A stretch of 64,000 nucleotides of DNA from Antechinus flavipes (Eukaryota). Of the stretch, positions 12,281 to 22,864 are shown in pieces. Position 1 is the first letter of the stretch. Each line of letters begins with the position of its first letter. The stretch is from positions 661,416,001 to 661,480,000 of the forward strand of contig NC_067398.1 in the NCBI RefSeq assembly GCF_016432865.1, in the 5' to 3' direction. Both the position numbers and the translations under genes were made by a program. The notes beneath the pieces are model-generated. The model worked only from the letters and a program-made list of their open reading frames with translations. It was not told the origin of the DNA and made no database searches.

Positions 12281-15200
12281 AAAAGAGACCTGGATGTGGA
12301 GCTGAGATATCTGGATTTGAATCTGCCCATGCCATCTCTCTTTTTATACTTCTCTATACCACGTTCACCAGAGCCAACGTCCAGCAAGCAAGTTCTGTTC
12401 TGAACTTAGCGTGATAACAATCCCTTTTGTTCACCCTCTGGATGAACTCAGCCACAGCAAAATCCCAGAATTTTTTCATACCAGCACCAGGTAGTCTCTG
12501 AGCTTGAACATGCACCTGCAGTACCTATGTTCCAGTCTTGAAGCCCCACTATCAATCAACCCTGTCTCATTATTGCTCTTACCCTGTCATTGTTAGGGCT
12601 ACAGCTGACTATGCAGTGACTAATATATCTATTGAGATTTGTCCACACTAAAGCAGGTCTTCTACTGGAGGGGGGTCCCTGTTCATATGTCTAGTTTCTC
12701 TCCTCCAATGAAATAAAGAAAGCTTTTTGCTTGTGACTAGCTCTTTGGTATTATTTTGTTTCTATTTTATTTTTCAAAGTTAACTGCAGTTGTGAAAACT
12801 GGTGTGAGCTCTTTGGTATTTTAGTGTTAACAGTAGTTGCATAATGTCTATGATCCTTAGGTTGTTTGTTTTCACAGTTGTTGAATCTCTGCTACTTACT
12901 GAGTGCAATCTCAGCAGGTGATTTCTACTCTATGAATCTTATTTTACCATCTGTAGTATGAAGGAACTAAACTTGGGGCCCATGAAATTTTTTTAACTAT
13001 GTTGAAAATTATTTTCAAGATAATTGGTTTCCTTGGTAATCCTCTATATTTTCTTTTACGCATTGAAAAACAATTCTTAAAAGGAATTTACAATATTCAC
13101 TAGTCTAATAGTATGGAACACACACACAAAATTAAGAACTCTGGGATTAGATGATCTCTGAGGTTCCTTCCAGGACAAGTTCTGATTTCCCTGATGATCA
13201 GGGATAGGGGAAGTCTGGCTATGAGGCAAAAGGAACTTTAGTCTGGAGCAGAAAGAAGAGAGGACAGGAATTGAGTTTTGTCTTTGAATCCCAATTCAGT
13301 CAATAATATGTGCTTTGGATTTCAGGTGCCTTGCCTATAAAATGAAAACTGTTATTTTTTTTCTTTTTAAAACATTTTATTTATTTTTAAATTTTAAGCA
13401 TAAATACAAAATAAGAAAAGATAAAAATTGTCAGTACACAGCAGAACCTGAGAGGATTCAAAATATGAAGAAATAAATTTCCATTTCAAAAAAGCCTATA
13501 TAATAAATAGTATACATTGTGTTCAGAGCTATCCATATTTTCTTTACTTCCTTGTACGTTTTCTTTTGTTCTCTGCTGTGCATTTTAAATTTTTTTTGTT
13601 TTTCCTCCTCCTTCCTTCTCTCTCTCTACAATTAAGCTCAGAGATATCTATATCTATCTATACACATATCATACACATACATACAAATATAGGTTCATAT
13701 ATGTAAGACCATACTATGCTTATTTCCACTTGTCCTGTTTCTCTGAAGATGAATCACATCTTTCATAAGTTCAAGTCTTCCTGTATTTTCCTAACTCTAC
13801 CAGTTCATCATTTCCTACACTACAATAAAACTCCAATCTTATTCTATTTAGTTATTTTAAATTTACATAATCAATATTAACATAGCTAACATATAGTGTA
13901 GTTTCTCTATTTCTCTCTTCATTAAATCTATTTTAGCTTTAAGTTTTTTTGAGATCATGGTTAAAGTGAAAGCTGTTTTCTAAGGCAGAAGTCTTCTCAT
14001 CTGAGTTTCAAGATGAGACCTGGTTTGTGGGTGGGCCGCCCGTTCTTTGAAGCCTCTCAGAAGACAGACCCCACTGCAGCTGCTGCTGCTTGTAAAAAGA
14101 GATCAGCCTGTGGTTGATGCTCACAAAAGCTTCTGATGCTGAGACTTAAGTGTAATAGCTCTCTGCCCGGAAATCTCCCCACCATTGTTGGTTACAGGGT
14201 CTCCTATTCTACTGTTAAACTCATACTGTTGGGCTTATTGGGAGTCAAGAAAATCTAGATTTAAATTTCAGCTCTGTCTAAACACACAGGTGTGTGGTGA
14301 AGATTAAATGAGAAACCACACATAAAGGGGGTTACAAACCTTAAAAGATTTATATAAGATGTCCCAAAAGTCTTAGTGCAGTTTTAGTCTTAAAACTTAA
14401 AATTTAATGTTAGCTATACTTTAGATTATGACTTCCTTGAGAGTATAAATTTTTCTTTTTTTTTTGGGGGGGGGGTTGGAAGGGACCTCTCTTTGCATCT
14501 CCAGAACTTAGCACAGTGCCTGGAACTTAGTAGGGGCTTAATTTTTTTTATATTTTTAAAACTATTATTAATTTTTTTCTCAATGGTATTTTATTTTTTC
14601 CAATTACAAGTAAGGATAATTTTCAACATTCATTTTTTGTAACATTCTGAGTTACAACATATCAGCCAATAAACATATATTAAATTGCTACCAGGTATCC
14701 AGCACTGTGCTAAGCACTGGGGATAAAATATAAATAAGAACAAAAACAGTCCCTGCCTTCAAGAAATTTATAATCTAATGGAGAATGACTACAATTCAAA
14801 GGAAGCAGAAAGGTAGGTAGTGGTTTATGTTAGGGAAGAATTGAGAGAAGAGCCTGAACCAAGAGTGTGATGGATCATTCTAAAATCCTAAGCCATGTAG
14901 CAGGTGTGAAAAGGGGAGAAAAATCTGTGTTGTCTCCTTTCTAAATAGAAGCACTGAAGCCCATGACCCTGACCTCTAGTTAGAGGGTCCAATCAGGGTC
15001 AGAGGGTACTGAGGAGATAAGAGGATTGGGAAGATTAAATCTTGCAGTTTAATGTGATTTCTCAATTCCTGGAGAAAGAAGACATGATGGAGAGGTGCAA
15101 CCTCTCCTTTTAGCCTTTTAAAGGCTAAAAGCAATGTGATTTTATGGGATCAGAAGAGAAAATATATGGAAAATGATTTATAAACATGTCATTTACTATT

Positions 15201-15479
15201 ATGTTGTAGGTAGGATTCCTGCCCTTCTAACTTTGAGAGTCTGTGATTATGAACCTCCTCTAGTTCTCTATTGTATATCTGTATCTATCTTGCTAATAAC
15301 AACAGCAAGGCAGTTTTCAGATTCAGCTGAAAAAATTTTTAATCAATGAGACAGAATCATAATGGAAAAAGCTGTTTTGATGGTAGTGAGCTCCCTATTC
15401 CTGGACATGGAAACAGAGACTGAATGGTTCCCCTCCCACTCCATTCAGGATATCTGTAGAAGGGATTCCTTCACAGAAA

Positions 15480-15655
15480 TTAGCACTAAGCTTAGAATCA
15501 GGAGGACCTGAGTTCAATCCCGCCTCAGACACTTACTAGCTGTGTGTCCCTGGACAAGGCACTTAACTCTATTTGTCTCATCTGCAAAATGAGCTGGAGA
15601 AATAAATGGCAAATCACTCCAATGTTGTCTGTCATTCTCAAAGAGGATCAAAATG
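15480..15655 (+). mobile_element. MAR1-type SINE abutting the TMIGD2 pseudo-exon
   Basis: ggaggacctgagttcaatcccgcctcagacacttactagctgtgtg...ctgcaaaatgagctggagaaataaatggcaaatcactcc. Confidence 0.65.
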
Positions 15656-15695
15656 ACATTACTATGTTGGAGTCAAAGTATCAGTATACCACCTG

Positions 15696-15813
15696 TCAGT
15701 CAGAACTCCAGCAAGATTATGTGGGGGTCCAGAAACTAGTTGGCCTGGATCCAGGAAAATACCATCACCCTGGGTCAGGATGATGTGAATGCTAGTGATA
15801 GTGGGCACTATGT
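15696..15813 (+). pseudogene. Decayed duplicate of the 3' half of TMIGD2 exon 2
   Basis: About 77% identity (91/118 by hand alignment) to 17106-17222; reads SQNSSKIMWGSRN*LAWIQENTITLGQDDVNASDSGHYV. Confidence 0.88.
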
Positions 15814-15899
15814 ACAGTGTGTCCAGCTGTCCCTGATTAGACCAATGTGAGTTTGGAAAGCTCTAAGACAGATCGGGCACAAGTAGTTCAATGAACATT

Positions 15900-16090
15900 T
15901 GTGGTGGAAATGTCTCTAAACGCGTACGTCTCACGTTTCTTTTGAGCTCCAAAAATTCTGCTTCGTTCATACGATATAGTGGGTATGCCACGCTGGGCAA
16001 TCCTTTGCCAGTATCTCCCATGTCATTCAATTGTTTCCAAAGTTCTTCAGAGAGGGAGGGGCAGATACTGTGGCAGGAAGTGCTATCTGT
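15900..16090 (+). promoter_or_regulatory. Candidate TMIGD2 proximal promoter
   Basis: TGTGGT (RUNX) 15900-15905 overlapping TGGAAA (NFAT-type); CAGGAAGT (ETS) 16074-16081; AGATAG (GATA, minus strand) 16083-16088. Confidence 0.4.
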
Positions 16091-16239
16091 TAGGTTGGCC
16101 ATATACAGAGAACATATGGGTGGAAAGAGGTGGGGAGGGAGGGAGGAATAGAACTACCCTAAGAAACATTTGCTTCTATAGGCAGAAAGAAAGATCAGAG
16201 CTGACTAAAGGTAGAAAGGAGCCTGAGGGGAGAGAAGAG

Positions 16240-16285
16240 ATGGGATGTCTTCTTACAGATCTTTTTCTCCTGATGCTGTTGCCAG
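16240..16285 (+). CDS. TMIGD2: TMIGD2 exon 1 (signal peptide)
   Basis: 46 nt, ATG...CCAG|gtaag, phase 1; MGCLLTDLFLLMLLP. Confidence 0.85.
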
Positions 16286-16943
16286 GTAAGTACCCAAGTC
16301 AAAGGTCCCTGCCTACTAGGAGACCCCCTTAAGCCTCTTTCTTCCTGTGTCATCAAAGAAACCATAACCCTCTAGAATTCTAAGATAGCTGAAGTTTCTG
16401 TCCTCTCAGACCATGGGGATCTCAAAGAGTCTTGAAGGAGCCCTCCTTTCTCCTACTCTTTCTCTAAAATTTATCTATTAAGGAGTGTACCAAGGTCCAA
16501 GCTAACTGTCTATTGTTTGAATTTATGGGGACAGTATTTCACACTCTCACTGCGGATGAAAAAAACCACTGAATCATAAAACATAGATCATTAGTACTGA
16601 AAAGACTCTTAGAACATAGAAAACAGAAATGTCCAAAATAGAGAAGAAAGAAAAGCTAGATGGGAAGTGCTGGAACTGGAGGGATTTTGAACATGGTATC
16701 AGATCTGATAAAGATCTTAGCAGTAGAATATCAGAAAGGATGAGAGATTAAATAAAGTGCTCAGCCCCAGAAGTCAGAACTCCTGCTTCAATTCTGCTTT
16801 TATGAAGTTTCAGAAGTCCTTTGGGTTTCTCAGATTCTGTGATCTCTAGAAGAATTAAGCCTTCATTTGCTGCTTCCTTTTTCCTCTTCTCCTGCTCAAC
16901 CCCCCATAATCAACCGTGACCTTTCTTTCTTCCCCCAACCCAG

Positions 16944-17293
16944 TGCTCTCAGGAGAGACTAAGTTGATGGTGCAGCAAGAGGAACAAATCAAGGTGGACT
17001 CGGGTAGCAAAGTGAACATAGATTGCCAAGTCATCTGGACCCACTGGGAGCAATTCCGAGTAGAGTGGAAGAAGGATGGCAAAGAATTGTACCAGTCTCT
17101 GCCCATCAGTCAGAACTCTAGCCGGTTATATGGAGTTCCGGAAACATGTCGGTCCTCAGACGGAACAATACCATCACCTTGAGTCTGGATGATGTGAATG
17201 TTAATGACAGCGGGCACTATGTGTGTCATATGACAATGGAAATCCCAGAGCTCCAGATGGCTGAAGGCAATGGGACACATCTCATAGTCTCAG
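16944..17293 (+). CDS. TMIGD2: TMIGD2 exon 2 (IgV domain), 1-nt frameshift near 17119-17125
   Basis: cccag|TG (alternative acceptor 16953, same frame)...TCAG|gtatg; first frame VLSGETKLMVQQ..DCQV..RVEWKKDG..SQNSS, second frame NNTITLSLDDVNVNDSGHYVCHMTMEIPELQMAEGNGTHLIVS. Confidence 0.9.
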
Positions 17294-17379
17294 GTATGGG
17301 GAGAAGGCAGGAAGGCAGGGAGAACGAACAGTAGAGGAGGAGCACAGTGTCATCTTAACAATCCAGTGTTGATCATGTC

Positions 17380-18620
17380 GGATCATTCTCACCCTAAACT
17401 GTGGCATTTCCCATGAGACTGAACTCTGAAATCCCTCTCCTGTCCTACTCTCTCTCCCTCACTCTTTGCACATCTATTGTTTGTCTTCACAGTTATCTCT
17501 GATCCCTCTATCTTCCCATCTATTCCCCATTCATCCTTCTTGTTCTGATCTTACTTTCCTTCCTTCATAGTCTCAGTTCTGTCATTAACCAAGGTCTGTC
17601 CTTGAATCCCATGCCATCTTTTTCTATCCTTACTTCAATATTGCTAGATCTCAACTTTGAGCTGTACACTTCCCCTCCTCCCTCCATCCATTTTCTTATT
17701 GCCAATTCTTGTTGATTCAATCCAAGACTGTGCTGGAGGCAGCTTGATTTGGCTCCAGATTGCTGTTTTTCAGTGTGAGCATTTATTTACATCTCAGAAA
17801 TTGGCAAATTCTACAATGAAGCATTTGATTTTTTTTCTTGATTATTTAGATTTTAAGAAGTGATGGAGAAAGTGCTAATAATGCTGATTAAACTTGAAAG
17901 TGTCACATAAACATTTTCCGAGGGGGAAGGGAAGCCAATTGTTAAACATTTACCAGGTTCTATCTTCACTCTATGTCCTATCTTTTTTAGAAATCCACAA
18001 CACCTCTCACCTAAACTACCTTAATGGTTTCCTAATTACCTCCCCTGCTTCCAGTCTCTTCCCTCTTTGATCTATCCTGCAGGGCCCCACGGTCTTGAGT
18101 ATAGCCGTGTCACTCTTCACTCAAAAATCTTCAGTTGTCCCCTATTGCCTCTTGAATAAAATACAACTTCCTTAAAGGTCCCTTCCAGTTCATTCATTCA
18201 CATCAAAATACATTTATTAAGCTTTTATTATATTTATTATTATATCATATATTCAAGCATTTATTAAGCCAGACTCCACAGTCTGACTCCAAACTATCTT
18301 TCCAGATTTCTTTTGTATTCCTCCCCTTCATGGACACTGTGTTCCAGCCAAATTGAACTCTCCATATCTGGCTGACATTCGATGCCCCCTCCCTGACTTT
18401 GTGCCTTTGAATAGGTTGTTCTCCTCCAGATGCCTGGAACTCACTAGTGCCCTCCTCACTGTTTCTCAAAACCTTTTTCTTCCTTCATTTCAGTGTTACA
18501 TCTTCTGGAAAGCCTTTCTTGGATCCCTCCAATTTTTACCTCTTTCACCTTCTTCAAAGGATCTTTTATTTCTTTGTCTGGGTCCATTTTGTATCTTCTT
18601 CCAGCCTACCCAGTAATATG
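17380..18620 (+). mobile_element. L2 LINE remnants in TMIGD2 intron 2
   Basis: Pyrimidine-rich L2 ORF2/3' pattern with tcattcattc tail motifs. Confidence 0.5.
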
Positions 18621-18924
18621 TAAGTCTTTTGAGAGGAGAAACTATTTTGGTTTTGCATTTGTGCCCCTGACAAGCTGAGGGGACTCAAGTGTTTGTGCAA
18701 TTCAACAACTTCTTTTTACAGATGACTCAGGGAGGCCTAAGGTTACAGAGCAACTCAAGCCAGTCCCTGTTTCTCCAAATTTCAGACTCTTCCTGCATAT
18801 CAAACTCCACCTTGTACTTATCTCACTCTCTATTATACCACAGCTATCGAAGTAGGATTATATTTAGCATAGGGTTAACCTTGCTCACAAGCTTGATAAA
18901 TGTCGGTTCATAAAGTGAACAAAT

Positions 18925-19040
18925 GGGAGAAGTGGATGGAGTACCAGCCCTCGAGTTATGAGGACCTGAGTTCTAATCTGCTCTCAGACACTTAACACTT
19001 ACTAGGTGGATAACTTAACCCTAGCAAGTCACTTACCCCC
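18925..19040 (+). mobile_element. Short WSINE1-type SINE
   Basis: ccagccct.gag...ggacctgagttc.aatc...ctcagacacttaacactt...aagtcacttacccccaattgcctccaaaaaa. Confidence 0.6.
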
Positions 19041-19561
19041 AATTGCCTCCAAAAAAGTATATAGTGAATGAATGGACTGGAAAGGATCTTAAAGGGAGCT
19101 GAGTAGGATGCTATTATTTGACAGAGGAGAAAACTGAGGTCCAGAGCTAGGAAGTCCAAGGTCACATAGACAGTGACAAGGTCTCACTAATGACAAGGTC
19201 ATTCTAATCTCATAGGAGATCAGTGGCAGAACCAAGACTAAACATTCAAGTATCCTAACTTCCAGAACAAGATTCTACCGAGGAAAATTTTTTATGGGTT
19301 TCCTCCTTTCTCATCCTCAGATTTCTGGCTGATTTTGGCCGATTTCCCAGTCATCTCCTCTCCTCCCTCCCTCTCTGACAGCATCACCCAGAAGTGGTTC
19401 TCATAGCCTCTGGCCTGGCCCCTAAAGGACACCCTGTGATGTCCCCAGATTTTCCATGTGCCAGCCCATGACACCCGCCCCCAGACATCCCAGCTCTCTG
19501 AAGCTCAATGGCTTTGCTGGCACGGTGCCAATCTGTGCCACCCACACGCCTACCCTGTTTT

Positions 19562-19635
19562 CATTCTGCCAGGAGGGGCCAATTACCAATTACCAGTTTC
19601 CATTCTGCTAGGAGGGGCCAATTACCAATTAGCAG
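19562..19635. repeat. 39-bp tandem duplication
   Basis: cattctgc.aggaggggccaattaccaatta.cag at 19562 and 19601. Confidence 0.9.
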
Positions 19636-20192
19636 AGACATAGGAGTCAGTGTTGGCTCTGGCCCGGCCCCTGGGCAAGGACCCAGCATTGACAGCTGCT
19701 GCACCCCCTCCCAGATCTTTCCCTTACTTCACGGGGATGGGGGTGGGAGAAGAATTTACACCAGGGGTGCCCTTCTCCATTCCCTGAAAAAATTATAGGG
19801 GATGGAGATTTAATCCTGAGTTCTCTACACATGTGCCTTGGATGGCTGAACATACCAGGACCCCCCAGAGATAGAGATCACCTCCCAACTCGGGAGTGAG
19901 GGGGTCATATTTCTTCCTTCTTATGAGAGGGGGTAGTGGTGGACCTAGCAACTTCCAGAGACATGACCATCATAGAGAACTAAGTGTGCCGTCCCCTCCC
20001 CAGTGCATTAGTGATCTCTGAAAATCACAGGAGCTTTAGTGAGCACACAGAGGGGTCAGGTTCTGATCCTCAGAGGAAAGGAAGTGGGGAGAAGCAAAAC
20101 TGCTAAAAGCTCAAAACCCCTCCAGAGAAGTGAGGGCAAAAACACACCAAGGGAGATGGTAGAGTGAGCTATAGAGATTTCTCTCTTTGCAG

Positions 20193-20228
20193 ATTTCTTC
20201 ACAAGCAGCTGGATCAAAGGCTTTCCAG
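20193..20228 (+). CDS. TMIGD2: TMIGD2 exon 3 (stalk)
   Basis: 36 nt; ctctttgcag|AT...CCAG|gtaag; DFFTSSWIKGFP, phase 1-1. Confidence 0.8.
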
Positions 20229-20647
20229 GTAAGAGGTAATGCCCATCCTAGTATCTCCCGGTTCCTACTGCCAGATTGTCCCTTCTCCCTGTGAGATGAT
20301 CCATATTAATCAGCTTGGCTATCATCAGCATCATACGTTTCTTAGAACAGAGAATAGAGTGAAAACCTAAAGGATTCTTGAAGTATAGAATGTCAGTGTC
20401 AGGAAGAGAGGGGCCCTAGAAACCATGTAGTTCATTTTACAGATGGGAAAACTGAACCTGGGGAGGAAGGCAGATTTGCTGAAGGTCTTGCAGTGAATGA
20501 GCCAGAGGCAGGAGCGGAGGGTTTAGACCCAGGGTCTCCCGATTCCCAACCCATGGCTCTTTCTGCTGCACTTGTTTTTCATTGCCAATCTCCCCTCTTC
20601 ACGACGTCTCCACTGGCTCTCCTATCTCTTCTGATTATCTCCTCAAG

Positions 20648-20746
20648 ATTTTTTCTTATGGCTGCTGGTGGCGTGTGTCATGATAGGATTGGGGGCTGTG
20701 TTGGGAAGAATGATCTGGAGATGCTTTAGAAGAAGCACAGACTCTG
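20648..20746 (+). CDS. TMIGD2: TMIGD2 exon 4 (transmembrane)
   Basis: 99 nt; ctcaag|AT...TCTG|gtgag; DFFLWLLVACVMIGLGAVLGRMIWRCFRRSTDS. Confidence 0.82.
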
Positions 20747-21120
20747 GTGAGTAGTCCCCCAGCACCGGGCAGGCCCCAGGGGTGCAGTGTCCTCCCTTCC
20801 GCTCCCCCATCCCAGAGTCCCGGCCAGACCCCACAAGCTGCCTCTCAGTCAGTGTCTCAGTAATTAGCAAACTGTGTTCTCAGCCATTGGTGGAAAAAAG
20901 GAGGATGGCCCAATTTGATCCACAGCTGCTGCTTTTATCCAATTACTGCTCCCTAGGTCACCTTCCCAAAGGGATTCTCTATCCCCAGAGATAGCTATTC
21001 CACCCAGGTCCCGCTCCTGGTGTCAGAGCCGGGGAAGATGACTGAGAAATTGTTAGCTCCAATGTTAGCCCCGGAGAAAGATATTTGGACTGAGACTCAT
21101 GCTCCTCTGTCTCTTCACAG

Positions 21121-21278
21121 AGAACCACTTTTATGGCAATGTTCTCTATTTCCACAAAGAAACTAAGGGGATCACGCCAAGCAAGGACAAGCCTCTGCAA
21201 TGGTCACCAGAGAAAAAGAGAGGAGAGAGCATCTACTCTGCTGGTCCCCAACTCCCATCCCCACCCCCTAGGGCGTAG
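21121..21278 (+). CDS. TMIGD2: TMIGD2 exon 5 (cytoplasmic tail)
   Basis: ctcttcacag|AG...TAG; ENHFYGNVLYFHKETKGITPSKDKPLQWSPEKKRGESIYSAGPQLPSPPPRA*. Confidence 0.88.
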
Positions 21279-21332
21279 TCCCCTGGAACCGTCCCCTGCC
21301 CACTCCAACCTGCATCAGGCTAGTTCTTAGCC

Positions 21333-21338
21333 AATAAA
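21333..21338 (+). terminator. TMIGD2 polyadenylation signal
   Basis: AATAAA 55 nt after the stop codon. Confidence 0.65.
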
Positions 21339-21944
21339 ACCAGCTTGCTCCCTGCCCCCAACCCTCACTTAACCTAGGATTTCTTTGCTCAGTCCAGTGA
21401 GGTGTGGGGGAGAGTCAGCCTTCCTGAGAGTGGGAAAGTGAGGGAGGACTAAGGTTTCCCAGAAGCTGGGAGGTTGCCTCTTTAGCTAAGTCATAGAGGA
21501 TAGGATCCAATGCTCAAAGACGAGCCAGAGCTACATTTTTGGAAATGGACACACAAGAAGGTTATACTTGACTCTGCATATTTGTAATAAAGGATTTATT
21601 TTTTTATTTGTTTTTAGGGGGGGAGGAGGAGAAAATGGAGAAAATAAATGCTTGTTGATTGAAAAATAAAGTGAAAAAACAAAAGAACCAAGATCATCTG
21701 ATATATGACTCTGATATGTGAGACTGCTTCTCATACATTTTTTCCATCATTTCCTAGACACTACCAGAGCTTGTCTCCCCTTCCCCCATCCCTAATGCCC
21801 GACTGACTTAGTATCCTATGGTCTCTCCATAAGGCCTAGTATCAATAAACCAGAGGCCTGTGTTTGATGATGAGGGCAGGATGTATGATGTTTGATGTGT
21901 GGCCTGTAAGACCCCAGAATACCTGAGAAGGAATAGGGGAAGGA

Positions 21945-22500
21945 ATGGAATCTGGGAGACTGAAATCTGAAGAGTTGGAATTAAAAGACTTGGATCTGAG
22001 GAAAATAGAATCCTTGCAACTGGAATGGAGGAGACTGGGAGCTGAGATTTGGGGATATTGTGAAATGAGAATGGACTCTGGGGGAGAATTAGATCTTGGG
22101 GGCTAAAATTGGAAGGTAAAGTAGGGCTGAGCTGGAGAGACTGGGATCTATGGGCTAGTGTTGATGAGATAAATCTGAAAAAATCTATTATTTGGGAAGC
22201 TGGACTCTAGGGAAGTTAAATTCTGGGTGACTGAGATGAAAGGGAGACTTGAGAGTGAAAATAAGAGAATATAGAGGAGACACTGAAGAAAGGAAGCAGG
22301 ATTTTCTGCAGAACTAACTCATCTGATGAAAAGGACCTTCCATAAGTTATTTCTTCTCTCTAGGAACCTGGGGAGGCTGAGATTTAGGGGAGGGGCTTAT
22401 TAAGGAATTAAGGATTAAGGAAACTGGGGATCTTGATTGCATTGGAGGAAGACTAAAATCTGGGGAAGAGATCTTGAGATTGGAATAGGGGAAAAACTGA
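21945..22500. repeat. Degenerate purine-rich minisatellite, about 15-bp unit
   Basis: Recurrent tgg(a/g)atctg(a/g)gg..gac-like units. Confidence 0.45.
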
Positions 22501-22825
22501 AATACATTCCCCCCCCCTTCCCCAAGGAATAATTATCTATTCATAGGGGAATAGCTGAGTGGATTGGGGGATGCAGAAGGAAGTGACCTTTCCGGGGGAC
22601 CTCCTTGATATTGGGGGATGAGAGACTCAGTTTTCAAGTCACTTACTCACTGACTCCTCCACTCCCCTTCCTCACACACACTGTGCTTCCTTTGGTCCCC
22701 TGAGGGAAGCTAGGGGTCTGAAGCCATCCCGGAATCCCAAGCCTGTGTCCCAGGATCAGAGTGCTAAGGATTTTTCCCCTAGACTTGGCTTGCAGCCCAG
22801 AGATCCCATCCCATATATGCAGCCT

Positions 22826-22827
<2 letters not shown>

Positions 22828-22861
<34 letters not shown>
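22828..22861. repeat. (AC)n microsatellite
   Basis: Direct reading. Confidence 0.95.

Positions 22862-22864
<3 letters not shown>

Larger units (their letters stand above)
16240..21278 (+). pseudogene. TMIGD2: TMIGD2 (CD28H/IGPR-1) orthologue, frameshifted in exon 2 as assembled (true null or sequence error)
   Basis: Signal exon, IgV exon, stalk, TM and cytoplasmic exons with GT-AG sites; motifs RVEWKKDG, DSGHYVC, EIPELQMAEGNGT, FYGNVLY, GESIYS match recalled human TMIGD2; exon 2 is 350 nt (not 3n) with in-frame TGA at 17180-17182. Gene identity about 0.93; the confidence given is for pseudogene status. Confidence 0.5.

Noticed and set aside
12540-12575. Minus-strand LIDSGAS, resembling a retroviral aspartic protease motif
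   Set aside because: Only 7 residues with no flanking protease pattern; compatible with chance.
17110-17160. Programmed ribosomal frameshift or hidden intron rescuing TMIGD2 exon 2
   Set aside because: No slippery heptamer and no plausible GT-AG intron; the upstream relic aligns colinearly with a simple 1-nt gap.
20700-20712. Arg near the end of the TMIGD2 TM segment as an adaptor-pairing residue
   Set aside because: It follows 19 hydrophobic residues at the cytoplasmic boundary and is more simply a stop-transfer or snorkelling residue.
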